Shown here: piece by piece, positions 41,830-52,299 of the stretch
How positions within the stretch are numbered: the stretch's first letter is position 1
How the letters are laid out: each line of letters starts with the position of its first letter
Assembly: GCA_964545585.1 (NCBI GenBank)
Contig: CAZJFT010000002.1
Span: 1-56,623 of the forward strand
DNA length: 56,623 nt
Reading direction: 5' to 3'
Source: an uncultured Methanosarcinales archaeon
GTDB taxonomy: Archaea > Nanobdellota > Nanobdellia > Woesearchaeales > UBA9642
The notes under the pieces: model-generated
The model's database searches: none
The model's input: the letters and a program-made list of their open reading frames with translations, nothing else
Told to the model about the DNA's origin: nothing
Position numbers and translations under genes: made by a program

Positions 41830-43605
41830 TTGGGAAGCATGGAGCAAGAACTTATTACATTAGGAATATTATTCGTATTCGCGCTTATAGGCGGAATACT
41901 CGCAGCAAGATTCAAGCAACCGATGCTCATGGGACTACTTCTTGTAGGCGCATTGATCGGACCGCACGCATTCGGGTTGATACATGAAGAGCACCTGATG
42001 GAATCAATGATAGAATTCGGTGCGATACTGATATTATTCATACTAGGATTAGAGTTCGATATCCCAAAACTGAAGAAACTAGGATTGAAATCAATACTTA
42101 TAGCATTCCTTAACAGCGCAATATTGACATTCGTAGGATTCACTGTTGCGACATTTCTCGGATTCAATGTCACAGCATCATTATTCTTAGGAGTGATACT
42201 CGCATTCGGAAGCACAGTAGTAATAGTTAAAGTCTTAGAGAATAAAGGAATGATGGATCGTCAAGAGGTACCGCTCTTGATTGCAGTTCTGATAATAGAG
42301 GATATAATAGCAGTCATGGTAATAACATTCTTCTCAGGAGTGCAGGACAAAAGCAAAGGATTGCTCGGAAACATAGAATCACTGATAATATCCATGTGCA
42401 TACTCATATTGGCATATATATTATTCATCAAATTCATCAAGCCACTATTGACATACGTATTGAAAGGCAATAGTTCAGAAGAGATAATGACATTCACAGC
42501 ACTTGCTATGTGTGCAGGATTCGCATACTTCGCATATTACCTGCATCTTTCGCCTGCTGTAGGAGCATTCCTTGCAGGATCGATAGTCGCATCACTGCCT
42601 AATGCAAAGGGTTTCGAGCATGCGATGTCACCATACAACATAATAATCAGCTCGTTCTTCTTCATAGCCATAGGCACATTGATAGATTTCACAGCAATAC
42701 TCGACAACATAATGGTGATACTCGTATTTGTTTTAGTTGTAATAATAACGAAGATAACAGCATTCTCCGGAATGGTATATTTTTTCGCAAATATAAGAGG
42801 AGACAAGATGTTCTTCTCCAGCATAGCGATGTTCTCAGTAGGAGAATTCTCGTTGCTTGTAGCTAAGGAAAGCCTGAAATTCGATATTGGAGTCGACATA
42901 ATCAGCATAGCTGCGGCAATAATAGCAATTTCAGCAGTAGTCATGTCATTGACAATAAACTATTCAGACAGGATATATCAGCCTGCAGTCGAAAGGCTTC
43001 CATGGAAGATAAGGAAAAGCATGGACAAATTCGCAGAATACATCAAGGCAGTGACTGAAGAGCTCGACCTAGACAATAAGTACAGCAGAGGATTGAAGAG
43101 GACATTAGGCAAGGCATTATTGACATTCATGGGATTGTTGCTAATAATATTCGGTTACAGGAAGATTATGCCATTAATAGATGCATCACCAGCAGCGAAC
43201 ATATTCATATACGCGACCGTACTCGTATTGTTCGGCGGGGTCTTGTTCCATTTCATAATGGTCATGAGAAAAGTCTTGACTGCAATTGCAGAGGTATTCG
43301 ACAATGCAACAAACACTAAAAGCGTCCATCAAAGCAGGAAGATAGTCAAGAGGGCATTCATTGGCTCAGGAATATTAGCTATAGCATTATTATGGCCATT
43401 CGTCATGTTCCTGTTCAATATGAGTCCAGGATTTTTAGCAGTGTCATTCGGCCTATTGTCTGTCTCGATATGGCAATTCTATAAGATAAGCCAATCGATG
43501 CATGATAATTTAGATGGTATGAAAGATAAATACCACGTATTCGTGCATTACAACAATAAGCCAGAAACGAGCAGCAAGAATTTTAACAGTGGATGGAAGT
43601 TCTAG
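41830..43605 (+). CDS. Cation:proton antiporter (CPA2/Kef-type Na+/H+ exchanger family) with an extra C-terminal membrane region
   Basis: About 12 TM helices. N-terminus LGILFVFALIGGILAARFKQPMLMGLLLVGALIGPHAFGLI. Confidence 0.8.
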   Translation: MGSMEQELITLGILFVFALIGGILAARFKQPMLMGLLLVGALIGPHAFGLIHEEHLMESMIEFGAILILFILGLEFDIPKLKKLGLKSILIAFLNSAILTFVGFTVATFLGFNVTASLFLGVILAFGSTVVIVKVLENKGMMDRQEVPLLIAVLIIEDIIAVMVITFFSGVQDKSKGLLGNIESLIISMCILILAYILFIKFIKPLLTYVLKGNSSEEIMTFTALAMCAGFAYFAYYLHLSPAVGAFLAGSIVASLPNAKGFEHAMSPYNIIISSFFFIAIGTLIDFTAILDNIMVILVFVLVVIITKITAFSGMVYFFANIRGDKMFFSSIAMFSVGEFSLLVAKESLKFDIGVDIISIAAAIIAISAVVMSLTINYSDRIYQPAVERLPWKIRKSMDKFAEYIKAVTEELDLDNKYSRGLKRTLGKALLTFMGLLLIIFGYRKIMPLIDASPAANIFIYATVLVLFGGVLFHFIMVMRKVLTAIAEVFDNATNTKSVHQSRKIVKRAFIGSGILAIALLWPFVMFLFNMSPGFLAVSFGLLSVSIWQFYKISQSMHDNLDGMKDKYHVFVHYNNKPETSSKNFNSGWKF

Positions 43606-43670
43606 AATTTTTTCTAGAATTTTTTTCTTCCTAATTTTTTTATGGACATCTCTTATTATACAAACACCTC

Positions 43671-45662
43671 TTATTCTATGAACATCTCATGTATCAATTC
43701 TATATAAGTGGCAATACTCCATGCCTGGCAGAAACACCCTCCTGGTTCAAGCCGTGATATGCTCGACAATTCAGAAGAGTATCCGATGAATCCTTTGAAA
43801 AGCATATCCTCTGTCGATGCGTCAAGCATCCTCTTTATGTATGGAAAATATTTCTCCTTGTTAAGACGATGAAGACATATCGCAGCGATGTTATTCACAT
43901 AGAACCATGAATCTCCACGATGATAGCTCCTGTTATCCTGTCCAGTATAATTAGGTTGATAGAGATGATTATCCTTGTCTATTGTGGACAATCCTCCTCC
44001 CGAACTTTCACTGTTAGCCTTTCCTTCTTTGTCAATTGTCCTATCTATATCCCACCCATTCCATAATCTTGGTAGTGCATTGTCGAATGCTAATCCCCAT
44101 TCTTCATGCTTCAAAAGCTCAGGATATAAGTAATATGCAAGGAATATGTTAGGTCTTGTTATGTCTGCATTGTTGCAGTTCCATCCATCATTCAAGTAAC
44201 CATTCACCAAGAAACGTTCACGCACCAGCATGGCAGTCTCACGCTCAAGCTTCCTGTAATCCAACTCCGTATCTGTGATGTTTATAAGTTTATCATGCTT
44301 TTTCACGAACTTGTTCGCGAGCAGATGGTTCAACAGGTTCATAAGATTCAGCATGCACAAGAATGCGCATTGTATCTCTATCCTGAACCCTTCACGCACG
44401 TCCCCTCCATAATCTGTGTCCATCCACGTCTCAAGGGCATCATTGTGTATTAATCCATCGACATAGTGATTGTTCATCAACTGCCTTATCGCAAAATTCA
44501 GCCTTTCACGTATGTATTTGAGTTCGTACAGGCTGAAATAGTTTAAATCTGCATCCTGCTCTTCAAGAAGCAGCACGATATCCTTTATCCTCCTGAAGAG
44601 CCAACCTACAGAATCTGCACTCCCTAATCCGGAAGGGCCATCTTTTGTGTATATGTTTGGTAATCGTCCATTAGGCATTATTGAGTTGATATGCCTTTCG
44701 ATAACTTCTTTGACGAATTCTTTTTTTCCCTCTAGGATCAATGCCTTCAATGATAATAGCTCATCTCTTGACCAGTACTGGAAGAACCAGGGCAGGCCCG
44801 CCCATAATCCATTCAATGCTACTGATCTTATCATCAATCCATCTATTGCATGCAATGCATTGACATATCCGAAAGCGAATTCCTTCCCTGAAACCTGCGA
44901 TATAGCATATTTCATCCCTAGATGTTTTTCAGAGTATGATTCATGTATATCGCTTATAAGTGAGGCATTCTTCTTTACGTCCATAAGCTTGCCCAATGCA
45001 TCTGCCTTGCTATCTGCGAATGAGAATATAAGACGTGTCTTGCTCTTGGATGATAATCGCAATGCATGATATACATAGAATTCTGACCGCGAATTCCTTG
45101 AGCGATCATAGCCGTACTCCTTTCTTATCCATTTCGATGGCAATTCATAATGCTCTCCCATACCCCCTATAACCATGTATTTGGAGTAAGATTTGTCCTT
45201 GAGGGAATTATCCTTATACTTATTATAGTCTATCATCAACGAATCATCTATCTTATGTATCCTGTATTCCCTGCCTTTATCATCATAATCATGTATCCAC
45301 CTGAAATCAAGCTCTACGTCTATGCTTATATCATCCTGTGATTCGACGTCATATATCAGCCCGTTCTTGACGAGCGTGAATTTCTCATAATACCCGTCAT
45401 ATAATCTCTCGACATAATTGAAACCGTTCACTATCTCATAAGGCACTTTCTTGCCGGAATCTCCTGAAAGATATATGTTATCTATAGTCTTGAACATCAT
45501 CCCATCTATGTTCAATAAGTATCCGGAATAATTACTTATTGAATGCTGCGGATTTGCAGGTATAGAAAAATAATTGCCCAACTTGCTCAACAGGAAGATG
45601 GAAAGATTCCTATCATCACATTCCTTAGAAAAATTTTCCGACAACGTATGTGTTACTTTCAT
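43671..45662 (-). CDS. Amylo-alpha-1,6-glucosidase (GDE_C/GH133-like glycogen debranching enzyme)
   Basis: 663 aa. (alpha/alpha)6-type C-terminal region ending ...GCFCQAWSIATYIEL. Confidence 0.75.
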   Translation of the reverse strand: MKVTHTLSENFSKECDDRNLSIFLLSKLGNYFSIPANPQHSISNYSGYLLNIDGMMFKTIDNIYLSGDSGKKVPYEIVNGFNYVERLYDGYYEKFTLVKNGLIYDVESQDDISIDVELDFRWIHDYDDKGREYRIHKIDDSLMIDYNKYKDNSLKDKSYSKYMVIGGMGEHYELPSKWIRKEYGYDRSRNSRSEFYVYHALRLSSKSKTRLIFSFADSKADALGKLMDVKKNASLISDIHESYSEKHLGMKYAISQVSGKEFAFGYVNALHAIDGLMIRSVALNGLWAGLPWFFQYWSRDELLSLKALILEGKKEFVKEVIERHINSIMPNGRLPNIYTKDGPSGLGSADSVGWLFRRIKDIVLLLEEQDADLNYFSLYELKYIRERLNFAIRQLMNNHYVDGLIHNDALETWMDTDYGGDVREGFRIEIQCAFLCMLNLMNLLNHLLANKFVKKHDKLINITDTELDYRKLERETAMLVRERFLVNGYLNDGWNCNNADITRPNIFLAYYLYPELLKHEEWGLAFDNALPRLWNGWDIDRTIDKEGKANSESSGGGLSTIDKDNHLYQPNYTGQDNRSYHRGDSWFYVNNIAAICLHRLNKEKYFPYIKRMLDASTEDMLFKGFIGYSSELSSISRLEPGGCFCQAWSIATYIELIHEMFIE

Positions 45663-45676
45663 GATATGATTCTCGC

Positions 45677-46684
45677 CTAAGAATTATCCTCATAATTCTC
45701 ATGCATCTGAGAGCTCGCTCCAAGATTTATCTTCTTGAAGCCGCCATTCATCACAGAATCCTGTCCTATAGTCGAATCTTTAATGTTGACTGAGTTTAGT
45801 CGTGCATTATCATCTATTATGCTGTTGCTCACTATGCTGTCCTTTATCACTGCACCAGGCGCTATTGAGACGAATGGCCCTATCACAGAATTTTCTATAA
45901 CAACATTCTTGTCTATCGATACAGGATTTATTATCACTGAATTCTTTGCCTTGGATTTTATCTCATGATCCTTCTTGAGCAACACACGGTTTGTCTCCAA
46001 CAATGTCTCGAATGTTCCGCAGTCCAGCCATTGCTTCACTTCTGGTGCATAGAATCTTTTTCCTGACTTTACCATCAATGCCAAAGCATCCGTGAAGAAA
46101 TATTCATTGTTAAGCATTATCTTATTCTCGAACAGGTATTCTATCGCCCTGAACATTGCCCATGAATCCTTTACATAATACATCCCTATGTTAGCAAGCT
46201 TGGATATTGGCTCTTTAGGTTTCTCGACCATCTGTGTTATAACTCCATTAGCATCAGTCACTACCACTCCGAACCTCTGATAATCCTCGACTTCCCTGAC
46301 CCATATCAATCCGTCAACATTCTTATCGCTTATCGCTTTCTTGAATTTCTTGAAGTCTATATCGAACAATGTGTCTGAGAACAATACTATGACGTCCTCA
46401 TTGACATATTCTTTTGCAAGATAGACTGCTGCACCATGACCATTCATCTTTTCCTGTGGTATGAATCTCGTCTTGAAAGGGTATTTTTCCTTGACGAACT
46501 GCTCAATCTTCTCTTTCATCGGACCAGTTATGAATATGACTTCAGAGAATTTTACAGGCTTGAAACTGTCAAGTATGTGCTGAAGTATTGGCTTGCCTGC
46601 AACATTGAGCAATGGTTTAGGTTTAGTGTACGTATGAGGTCTTAGTCTCGATCCATATCCTGCCAGCGGTATTATAAGTTTCAT
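45677..46684 (-). CDS. Sugar-1-phosphate nucleotidylyltransferase with a C-terminal left-handed beta-helix
   Basis: MKLIIPLAGYGSRLRPHTYTKPKPLL. GGAGG RBS upstream of the ATG at 46684. Hexapeptide-like repeats in the C-terminus. Confidence 0.88.
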   Translation of the reverse strand: MKLIIPLAGYGSRLRPHTYTKPKPLLNVAGKPILQHILDSFKPVKFSEVIFITGPMKEKIEQFVKEKYPFKTRFIPQEKMNGHGAAVYLAKEYVNEDVIVLFSDTLFDIDFKKFKKAISDKNVDGLIWVREVEDYQRFGVVVTDANGVITQMVEKPKEPISKLANIGMYYVKDSWAMFRAIEYLFENKIMLNNEYFFTDALALMVKSGKRFYAPEVKQWLDCGTFETLLETNRVLLKKDHEIKSKAKNSVIINPVSIDKNVVIENSVIGPFVSIAPGAVIKDSIVSNSIIDDNARLNSVNIKDSTIGQDSVMNGGFKKINLGASSQMHENYEDNS

Positions 46685-46698
46685 TATACTCCTCCGTA

Positions 46699-48477
46699 TT
46701 ATTGTTTTACCCTCTCTACAGCCATATTGTGTGCATTCAGATAATTCTGTATGAGCAATTCCCAATCTGCATATCCTGACAATGATTTCGCTTTCAGCTT
46801 GCAATTGACCCTGTCTGAATGTTCCATATTCAAGAACCTAATAAGGACATTGCAGAAGTCATTCACTACTTCACTTTCCGGCCTCTTGAAACGCTCCAAC
46901 ACCATTATTCCTTTATTCTCTGGATTCTGCGTCTTTATGTAACGGCCGAACCCAGACATATCAGTGGTCAAAGACGGCACTCCTAGAGCTGCGCTCTCCA
47001 GAGGCGTATACCCCCATGGCTCATAATAGCTGGGGAATAGTCCAAGATGGCATCCTATCATTACATCATAATGCGTGAGATCTATGAATCCATCCATGCC
47101 ATCAAGATATACTGGCTCTATTATAACTTTGACAGGATCCTCTTTCCTATTCAACAGGCCATTCTCTCTCAATGCGACTATAACAGGATTGTTCTCATCC
47201 ATGTTATGTGTAGATAGTGGCGGTTCGCCCTCTCTGGAGAATGCGACTATGTCTTTCTTTATTTCTTTTACGAATGACTCAGTGAATAATTCTCCAACCT
47301 GGTCCTTCTTCGATATGAAATCATAAGTTATCTTCTTTAGTATCTCCGGACTATTTGTGAACACATAATTCTTTATATGCATGTAATAATTCTTGTTCTC
47401 CAGGACATCTAATCTTATGCCGTACTGTTGCATCGGCACCCAGAATATCATCGACAATGTCTTTCCACTCTTCTCATTCTTTAAGCGCTGGTTCAACATG
47501 CCTAATGATTTTATTATAAGGTCATATCCCTTGTTTCGGTATTCGAATCTTCCGACGGTGTAAGCTATCAAATTATGGTTCACGTCGAAAGTATAATATG
47601 GGAAAAAATAATAAGTCAAGAACTCACGTATCTTATCTCTAGACGTGATGTGTTTTATGCTGACCTCTTCAAAACTAGGAAATTTCTCCAGGTCCAAACC
47701 ATTCAACACGAGTACATCAGGTTTTCTTCCTAAGAATCTTTCAGACTCTATGCCGGTTATCTCAGATACTGTCGTGAATACATGTGCATTCTTAGCAGTA
47801 GCAGATTCTGTATGGTGCTTTGCTTCTATGTTATTTAAGTATATCTCATAGCCGATGTTTATGCTCTCGAGATAGCCATATATATCTACACCTTTTGAGC
47901 TTAGTGTTCTTCCTAGCACTGTGGCGTGTGTAGTGAACACTGTGGCCACATCAGGACAATACTTCCGTAGATACAATAGTCCGAATCCTGATAGCCATTC
48001 ATGGAAATGCCCGACTATCCTCTTGTCTTTCAATGCATTCCTCTGCAGCTTCTCTATCAACATCCCGACTGCATAAGACCATATCGATGGTTCTTCAAAG
48101 TCCCATCCTGCACGTATAGAATCTATTTTGTAGTATTCCCAGAATTTTCCTTTTATCTCGTTTTTTCTTGCAAGAAGCCCGTTCGATTCTATTAGTATAG
48201 TGTATGGTTTGCCTTTTATCTCGAGCCACTTGCCATAATGGCATATCACTCCCTCATTTCTCAATTCATCGAATACTTTCTTGAAATCTTCTGGAGGATC
48301 CATAGATACGAAGTCGACCTTGACATTGTGTTCAAAATATGGGCCTACCAAGAAATAATTCTTATATAATCGCATCATCTCAGATGATTTGCTTTTTATG
48401 ACTGTATATATCCCGCCTACTTTGTTGCATACTTCCCATGATACTTCAAAAACATAATCTGCTTTCACTTCTTCCAT
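46699..48477 (-). CDS. Glycogen synthase, GT3 (animal/fungal-type) family
   Basis: YVFEVSWEVCNKVGGIYTVIKSK..NYFLVGPY closely parallels the N-terminus of eukaryotic glycogen synthase (FEVAWEVANKVGGIYTV...YFLVGPY). Confidence 0.85.
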   Translation of the reverse strand: MEEVKADYVFEVSWEVCNKVGGIYTVIKSKSSEMMRLYKNYFLVGPYFEHNVKVDFVSMDPPEDFKKVFDELRNEGVICHYGKWLEIKGKPYTILIESNGLLARKNEIKGKFWEYYKIDSIRAGWDFEEPSIWSYAVGMLIEKLQRNALKDKRIVGHFHEWLSGFGLLYLRKYCPDVATVFTTHATVLGRTLSSKGVDIYGYLESINIGYEIYLNNIEAKHHTESATAKNAHVFTTVSEITGIESERFLGRKPDVLVLNGLDLEKFPSFEEVSIKHITSRDKIREFLTYYFFPYYTFDVNHNLIAYTVGRFEYRNKGYDLIIKSLGMLNQRLKNEKSGKTLSMIFWVPMQQYGIRLDVLENKNYYMHIKNYVFTNSPEILKKITYDFISKKDQVGELFTESFVKEIKKDIVAFSREGEPPLSTHNMDENNPVIVALRENGLLNRKEDPVKVIIEPVYLDGMDGFIDLTHYDVMIGCHLGLFPSYYEPWGYTPLESAALGVPSLTTDMSGFGRYIKTQNPENKGIMVLERFKRPESEVVNDFCNVLIRFLNMEHSDRVNCKLKAKSLSGYADWELLIQNYLNAHNMAVERVKQ

Positions 48478-48556
48478 TTTTATTTCTTCCTCGTCTGCAT
48501 AAATTTTTATCCAATAAAAAAATTATTTTTTATTATACGAATTATGCAAATTTATT

Positions 48557-49249
48557 TTATAATACGAATTTATATACGATGATTGCAATTATTGCAAATA
48601 TCACAATACAGTAAAGCAATATCCAAGAGATATTTCCTCCGGTAATGGTGCTTGTGCCATTTTTGGCATCACTGGCAACATGCTTTCTCTTATTGAATTG
48701 ATACCATTTCCTTAATGGATTGTTATTATTTTTATCTTTGTCCGGTCCATTATTTATCTCTTTAATCTCTTTATATGTATGGACTTCAGGCAGTTTCTTT
48801 GAATCCTCCACCTTATCTTTCCTTCTGAACCATCTCTTCTTTTCTGGAGCAGGGAGCATCTCATGATGTCCGGGTTCTGGAAGTTTCTCTATAGGCTTCC
48901 TGACTTCAACAAAAGGATTCTTTTCAACAGGACTTAATATTTTTAACAAAGATTTCTTTCCATTCGAAGCATCATTCAATGATGATCTAGAACTATTCTC
49001 AATTTTTATCTTGTTGCTTATGAGCTCTTTAGTCTTCGGAAATAAGATGGTCGATCGTAATGATGAAGCAAGTTCCTTGTCTAGGAGCACGTATTCTATC
49101 CAATTAGCGAAATCATTCTTGCTTGTATTGACGAACCTCTCGAAATCCTGCTGTCCGATATTCTCAAGCATTGAAGAAAGCTCCAATAGGTTCTTTGCTC
49201 TTCTCCCATCATGGAATACGAACTCCTTCTCATAAGGAGCATTTATCAT
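48557..49249 (-). CDS. Tail-anchored protein carrying the NDFANW domain (paralog A)
   Basis: EFVFHDGRRAKNLLELSSMLENIGQQDFERFVNTSKNDFANWIEYVL. C-terminal TM helix. GGGGTGAG RBS precedes the chosen start. Confidence 0.6.
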   Translation of the reverse strand: MINAPYEKEFVFHDGRRAKNLLELSSMLENIGQQDFERFVNTSKNDFANWIEYVLLDKELASSLRSTILFPKTKELISNKIKIENSSRSSLNDASNGKKSLLKILSPVEKNPFVEVRKPIEKLPEPGHHEMLPAPEKKRWFRRKDKVEDSKKLPEVHTYKEIKEINNGPDKDKNNNNPLRKWYQFNKRKHVASDAKNGTSTITGGNISWILLYCIVIFAIIAIIVYKFVL

Positions 49250-49322
49250 TCTCTCACCCCTTTTTTTACACAAAAATAATTAAAATCGATGTAAAAAAAA
49301 AATTAATCTATTAAAGTCGATA

Positions 49323-49673
49323 TCATTCGCATAATCCTTCAAGCTTATGGAACAGATGTTTGTATAATAATGCCATCATCTCATGCCTAGACTTGGAGTG
49401 CCTTATTCTCTCTGCAAGCTCCTCCTCCCCAAATACGTCTCTGACCCAATTGGCGAAGTCGTTTCTCTCACTAGTGACATGATAATAGAACACATCATCT
49501 CCCACAGTCTCAAGCAGGGCGGCCAACTCCTTATAGTCCTTTATAGTGTTGCCATTACATAAGACAAAATATTTTTCTGGAGAAAGCTCGATGAATATCG
49601 ACTTCTTCTTAGCAGTCTTCTTTATTTTAGGTTCTTTTACTTCTGTTGTCGTTCCGGCCTTTTTCCTTGGCAT
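49323..49673 (-). CDS. Small protein carrying the NDFANW domain (paralog B)
   Basis: YFVLCNGNTIKDYKELAALLETVGDDVFYYHVTSERNDFANWVRDVF. AGAGGTGAG RBS. Confidence 0.6.
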   Translation of the reverse strand: MPRKKAGTTTEVKEPKIKKTAKKKSIFIELSPEKYFVLCNGNTIKDYKELAALLETVGDDVFYYHVTSERNDFANWVRDVFGEEELAERIRHSKSRHEMMALLYKHLFHKLEGLCE

Positions 49674-49732
49674 AAGCTCACCTCTTTAATGAAAAACAGT
49701 TTTCTGATTTTTTCCAATTATTGACTATCATT

Positions 49733-50992
49733 TCAATTGTTGATTATCAATGTCGGCTTGTCTGTTATCTGATGCTTTTTCTTCATCTCATAAAGCATGT
49801 TCCGGTCTTGCAATATCGTCTTTATACGTATTATGATATCATTCATTATGTTCATGAAATTTATGTATGACTCGTATGGCGTTTCGTATGGACTGAAATA
49901 CTTGTGCACGTCTCCATCGTTGAAGTATTTTGTGCACATATAATAGAAATGATCTGAAGTGGTCAATTTCCTCCAATCCTCTAGAAGCCTCTTGTCGTTT
50001 ATCTCCTTAACATGTTTCTCCAGCATATATATTTCATTCAATGCCGAATCCTGCATGCTATTGCCTCTCCATGCGCTCAAATCTCGCTCGACATCTGCCC
50101 AGCTCATGAAATTATGTATGTCGAGCTCTGCAACCGGTTCATAATCCGCAAGTTCTGATGGTGTCAAGAATTTGGTGTGCGGATTCTTGAACAATTGCTC
50201 CGGAAGATGGCTTAAGAACCTGAATATCCCCGTATCTTCCCATTGGTGCTCGCCGAATGTCTCATAATCCATGAATAGGTTCACTGAATGCCCAGCATTG
50301 TTATGTATCCAATGCGCAAACTTCTCCGCAGTCAATGGATGATCCTTCCAAGATTTCTGTCCGAACCTGAATGCGACGTCATCGCTCAGCTTATAGTTCT
50401 TCAGCAATAGTTTTATGTTCCCTGCAGTCTTTGCTGTATACACATAATTAGGACTCCTCCAATCAAGAACATGGTCTGCCCCTTCTGCAAGTATCGCCTT
50501 ATAACCCATGTCCTGTACGGTGTTTGCAAGCTCATTGTTGAATATCAATTCTGTATTCCTGAAAACCTTCGGCTCCTGACCGAATAATTCTTTTATCATC
50601 TCTGCATGAAGTTTTACCTGCTCTTTGAACTCATGTTTGCTGTACAGATATGACAATGAATGATAATATGTCTCCGAAAGGAATTCCACATTCCCCGTAT
50701 CTGCAAGCTTTTGGAAACTATGCAATGTCTCTGGACTGTATTTCTTGAATTGTTCTAGCGCAGTCCCTGTTATACTGTATGATATCTTGAACTGCCTGTC
50801 TTTGTTCTTGTACTTGTTTATCAATTCGAGCATTAGTTTGTTTGTCGGCAGATAGCATTTCTTTGCTACCTTATGCAATATTTCCATATTCTTGTGCTCA
50901 TCAAAATAGTTAGAATTATGTCCTACATCGAATATCCTATATCTTGCCATTCTGTATGGTTGATGCACCTGGAAATAAAAGCATACGTTCAT
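49733..50992 (-). CDS. Glycoside hydrolase family 57 (alpha-amylase / branching-enzyme-like)
   Basis: MNVCFYFQVHQPYR and ETFGEHQWE. GGTGAG precedes the ATG at 50992. Confidence 0.85.
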   Translation of the reverse strand: MNVCFYFQVHQPYRMARYRIFDVGHNSNYFDEHKNMEILHKVAKKCYLPTNKLMLELINKYKNKDRQFKISYSITGTALEQFKKYSPETLHSFQKLADTGNVEFLSETYYHSLSYLYSKHEFKEQVKLHAEMIKELFGQEPKVFRNTELIFNNELANTVQDMGYKAILAEGADHVLDWRSPNYVYTAKTAGNIKLLLKNYKLSDDVAFRFGQKSWKDHPLTAEKFAHWIHNNAGHSVNLFMDYETFGEHQWEDTGIFRFLSHLPEQLFKNPHTKFLTPSELADYEPVAELDIHNFMSWADVERDLSAWRGNSMQDSALNEIYMLEKHVKEINDKRLLEDWRKLTTSDHFYYMCTKYFNDGDVHKYFSPYETPYESYINFMNIMNDIIIRIKTILQDRNMLYEMKKKHQITDKPTLIINN

Positions 50993-51003
50993 TTTATTCT
51001 CAC

Positions 51004-52299
51004 CTACCAATGTCCTCCATGTCTCACTTTTACAGCCAAAGGCATCAATCTATGGTATAGGTCTATGCATTTCTGTGCCGGGACGTCCCATGTCAATGTT
51101 TTTGCTTCCTGATATCCTCTGTTTGTCAGTTCTATATGTAATGGACTGTAATTGAGCAGTGCAAGTATCTTGTTCGCCATCTCATCAGTGTCCCAGAAAT
51201 CTACTTTTAGTGTGTGATTTAGCACTTCTGAAACTCCTGACTGTTTGCTCACTATTGTCGGCGTACGTTTCATCATTGCCTCTAATGGCACTACACCGAA
51301 TGGCTCTGATACTGATGGCATAACGAATACGTCCGCCATCGAATAGAATTTTTCAGCATCCTCTCTAGTATAGAATCCGTGGAATATGAATTTGTCCGCT
51401 ATACCTAAGTGTGCCGCAAGGTCTATCATCCTGTTCAGCATGTCTCCTGACCCTGCCATTATGAATTTGACATCATCCCTATACTCGCACACCTTCTTTG
51501 CTGCATGTACAAAATACTCGGGCCCTTTCTGCAGCGTCACCCTTCCTGCAAACAGGACTATCTTGTTGTATTTCTTGATGTCTGAGATGTAATCCATGCC
51601 TTCATCCATCTCAATGTTCGCGTTGTGTACGACAAATATTTTTTCTGCAGGTATCCCATAATGGGATATGCACATGTTCTTTATAAGATTACTGACGACA
51701 ATGATGCCGTCTGCTTTCTGCATCCCTAATTTTTCAATCTCATATAGCTGTTGGTTCACCCCTGCACCGCCTGATTTGTTGAACTCCGTTATATGCACAT
51801 GAACAACTAATGGCTTTCCGGTCAATTCCTTCAAGGCTATTGCTGCAGGGAATGTTGTCCAGTCATGTGCATGTATTATGTCGAAATCCTCTTCCATGGC
51901 TAGCAGTTTTACTTTCTCTGCAAACCTATAGACCTCTTGGAGAAGATTCGCGCCATATAGCTTGAACGTGTTATCCTTGCCTACTGTTGAGTCTCCTTCT
52001 TTCATACCTAATTGTTTGAGCTCCAATTGTTTAAGCTGTTGCATATACTCTTCTGGACTCATGTATGCACTAAGAAGCGAGCTTATCTTTCTCACTTGTA
52101 TCCTTGAATTAGGTATGAGGTTGTCTGCTGCAAGAAGCCTTACATGACCAGAATGCAGATCTTTAGGACCATATGGCATGACATATGTCACTTGTATATC
52201 ATTTCTTTTAGAAAAAGCCTTTGTCAATTCATAGCAGACCATCCCTACCCCGCCTGCGAAGAATGGAGGGAACTCCCAGCCTAGCATAAGTACTTTCAA
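51004..52299 (-). CDS. Glycogen synthase / glycosyltransferase (archaeal GT5/GT4-type, GT-B fold)
   Basis: MKVLMLGWEFPPFFAGGVG and SEPFGVVPLEAM. Apparent TTG start 4 nt after GAGGTGA. Confidence 0.85.
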   Translation of the reverse strand: MKVLMLGWEFPPFFAGGVGMVCYELTKAFSKRNDIQVTYVMPYGPKDLHSGHVRLLAADNLIPNSRIQVRKISSLLSAYMSPEEYMQQLKQLELKQLGMKEGDSTVGKDNTFKLYGANLLQEVYRFAEKVKLLAMEEDFDIIHAHDWTTFPAAIALKELTGKPLVVHVHITEFNKSGGAGVNQQLYEIEKLGMQKADGIIVVSNLIKNMCISHYGIPAEKIFVVHNANIEMDEGMDYISDIKKYNKIVLFAGRVTLQKGPEYFVHAAKKVCEYRDDVKFIMAGSGDMLNRMIDLAAHLGIADKFIFHGFYTREDAEKFYSMADVFVMPSVSEPFGVVPLEAMMKRTPTIVSKQSGVSEVLNHTLKVDFWDTDEMANKILALLNYSPLHIELTNRGYQEAKTLTWDVPAQKCIDLYHRLMPLAVKVRHGGHW

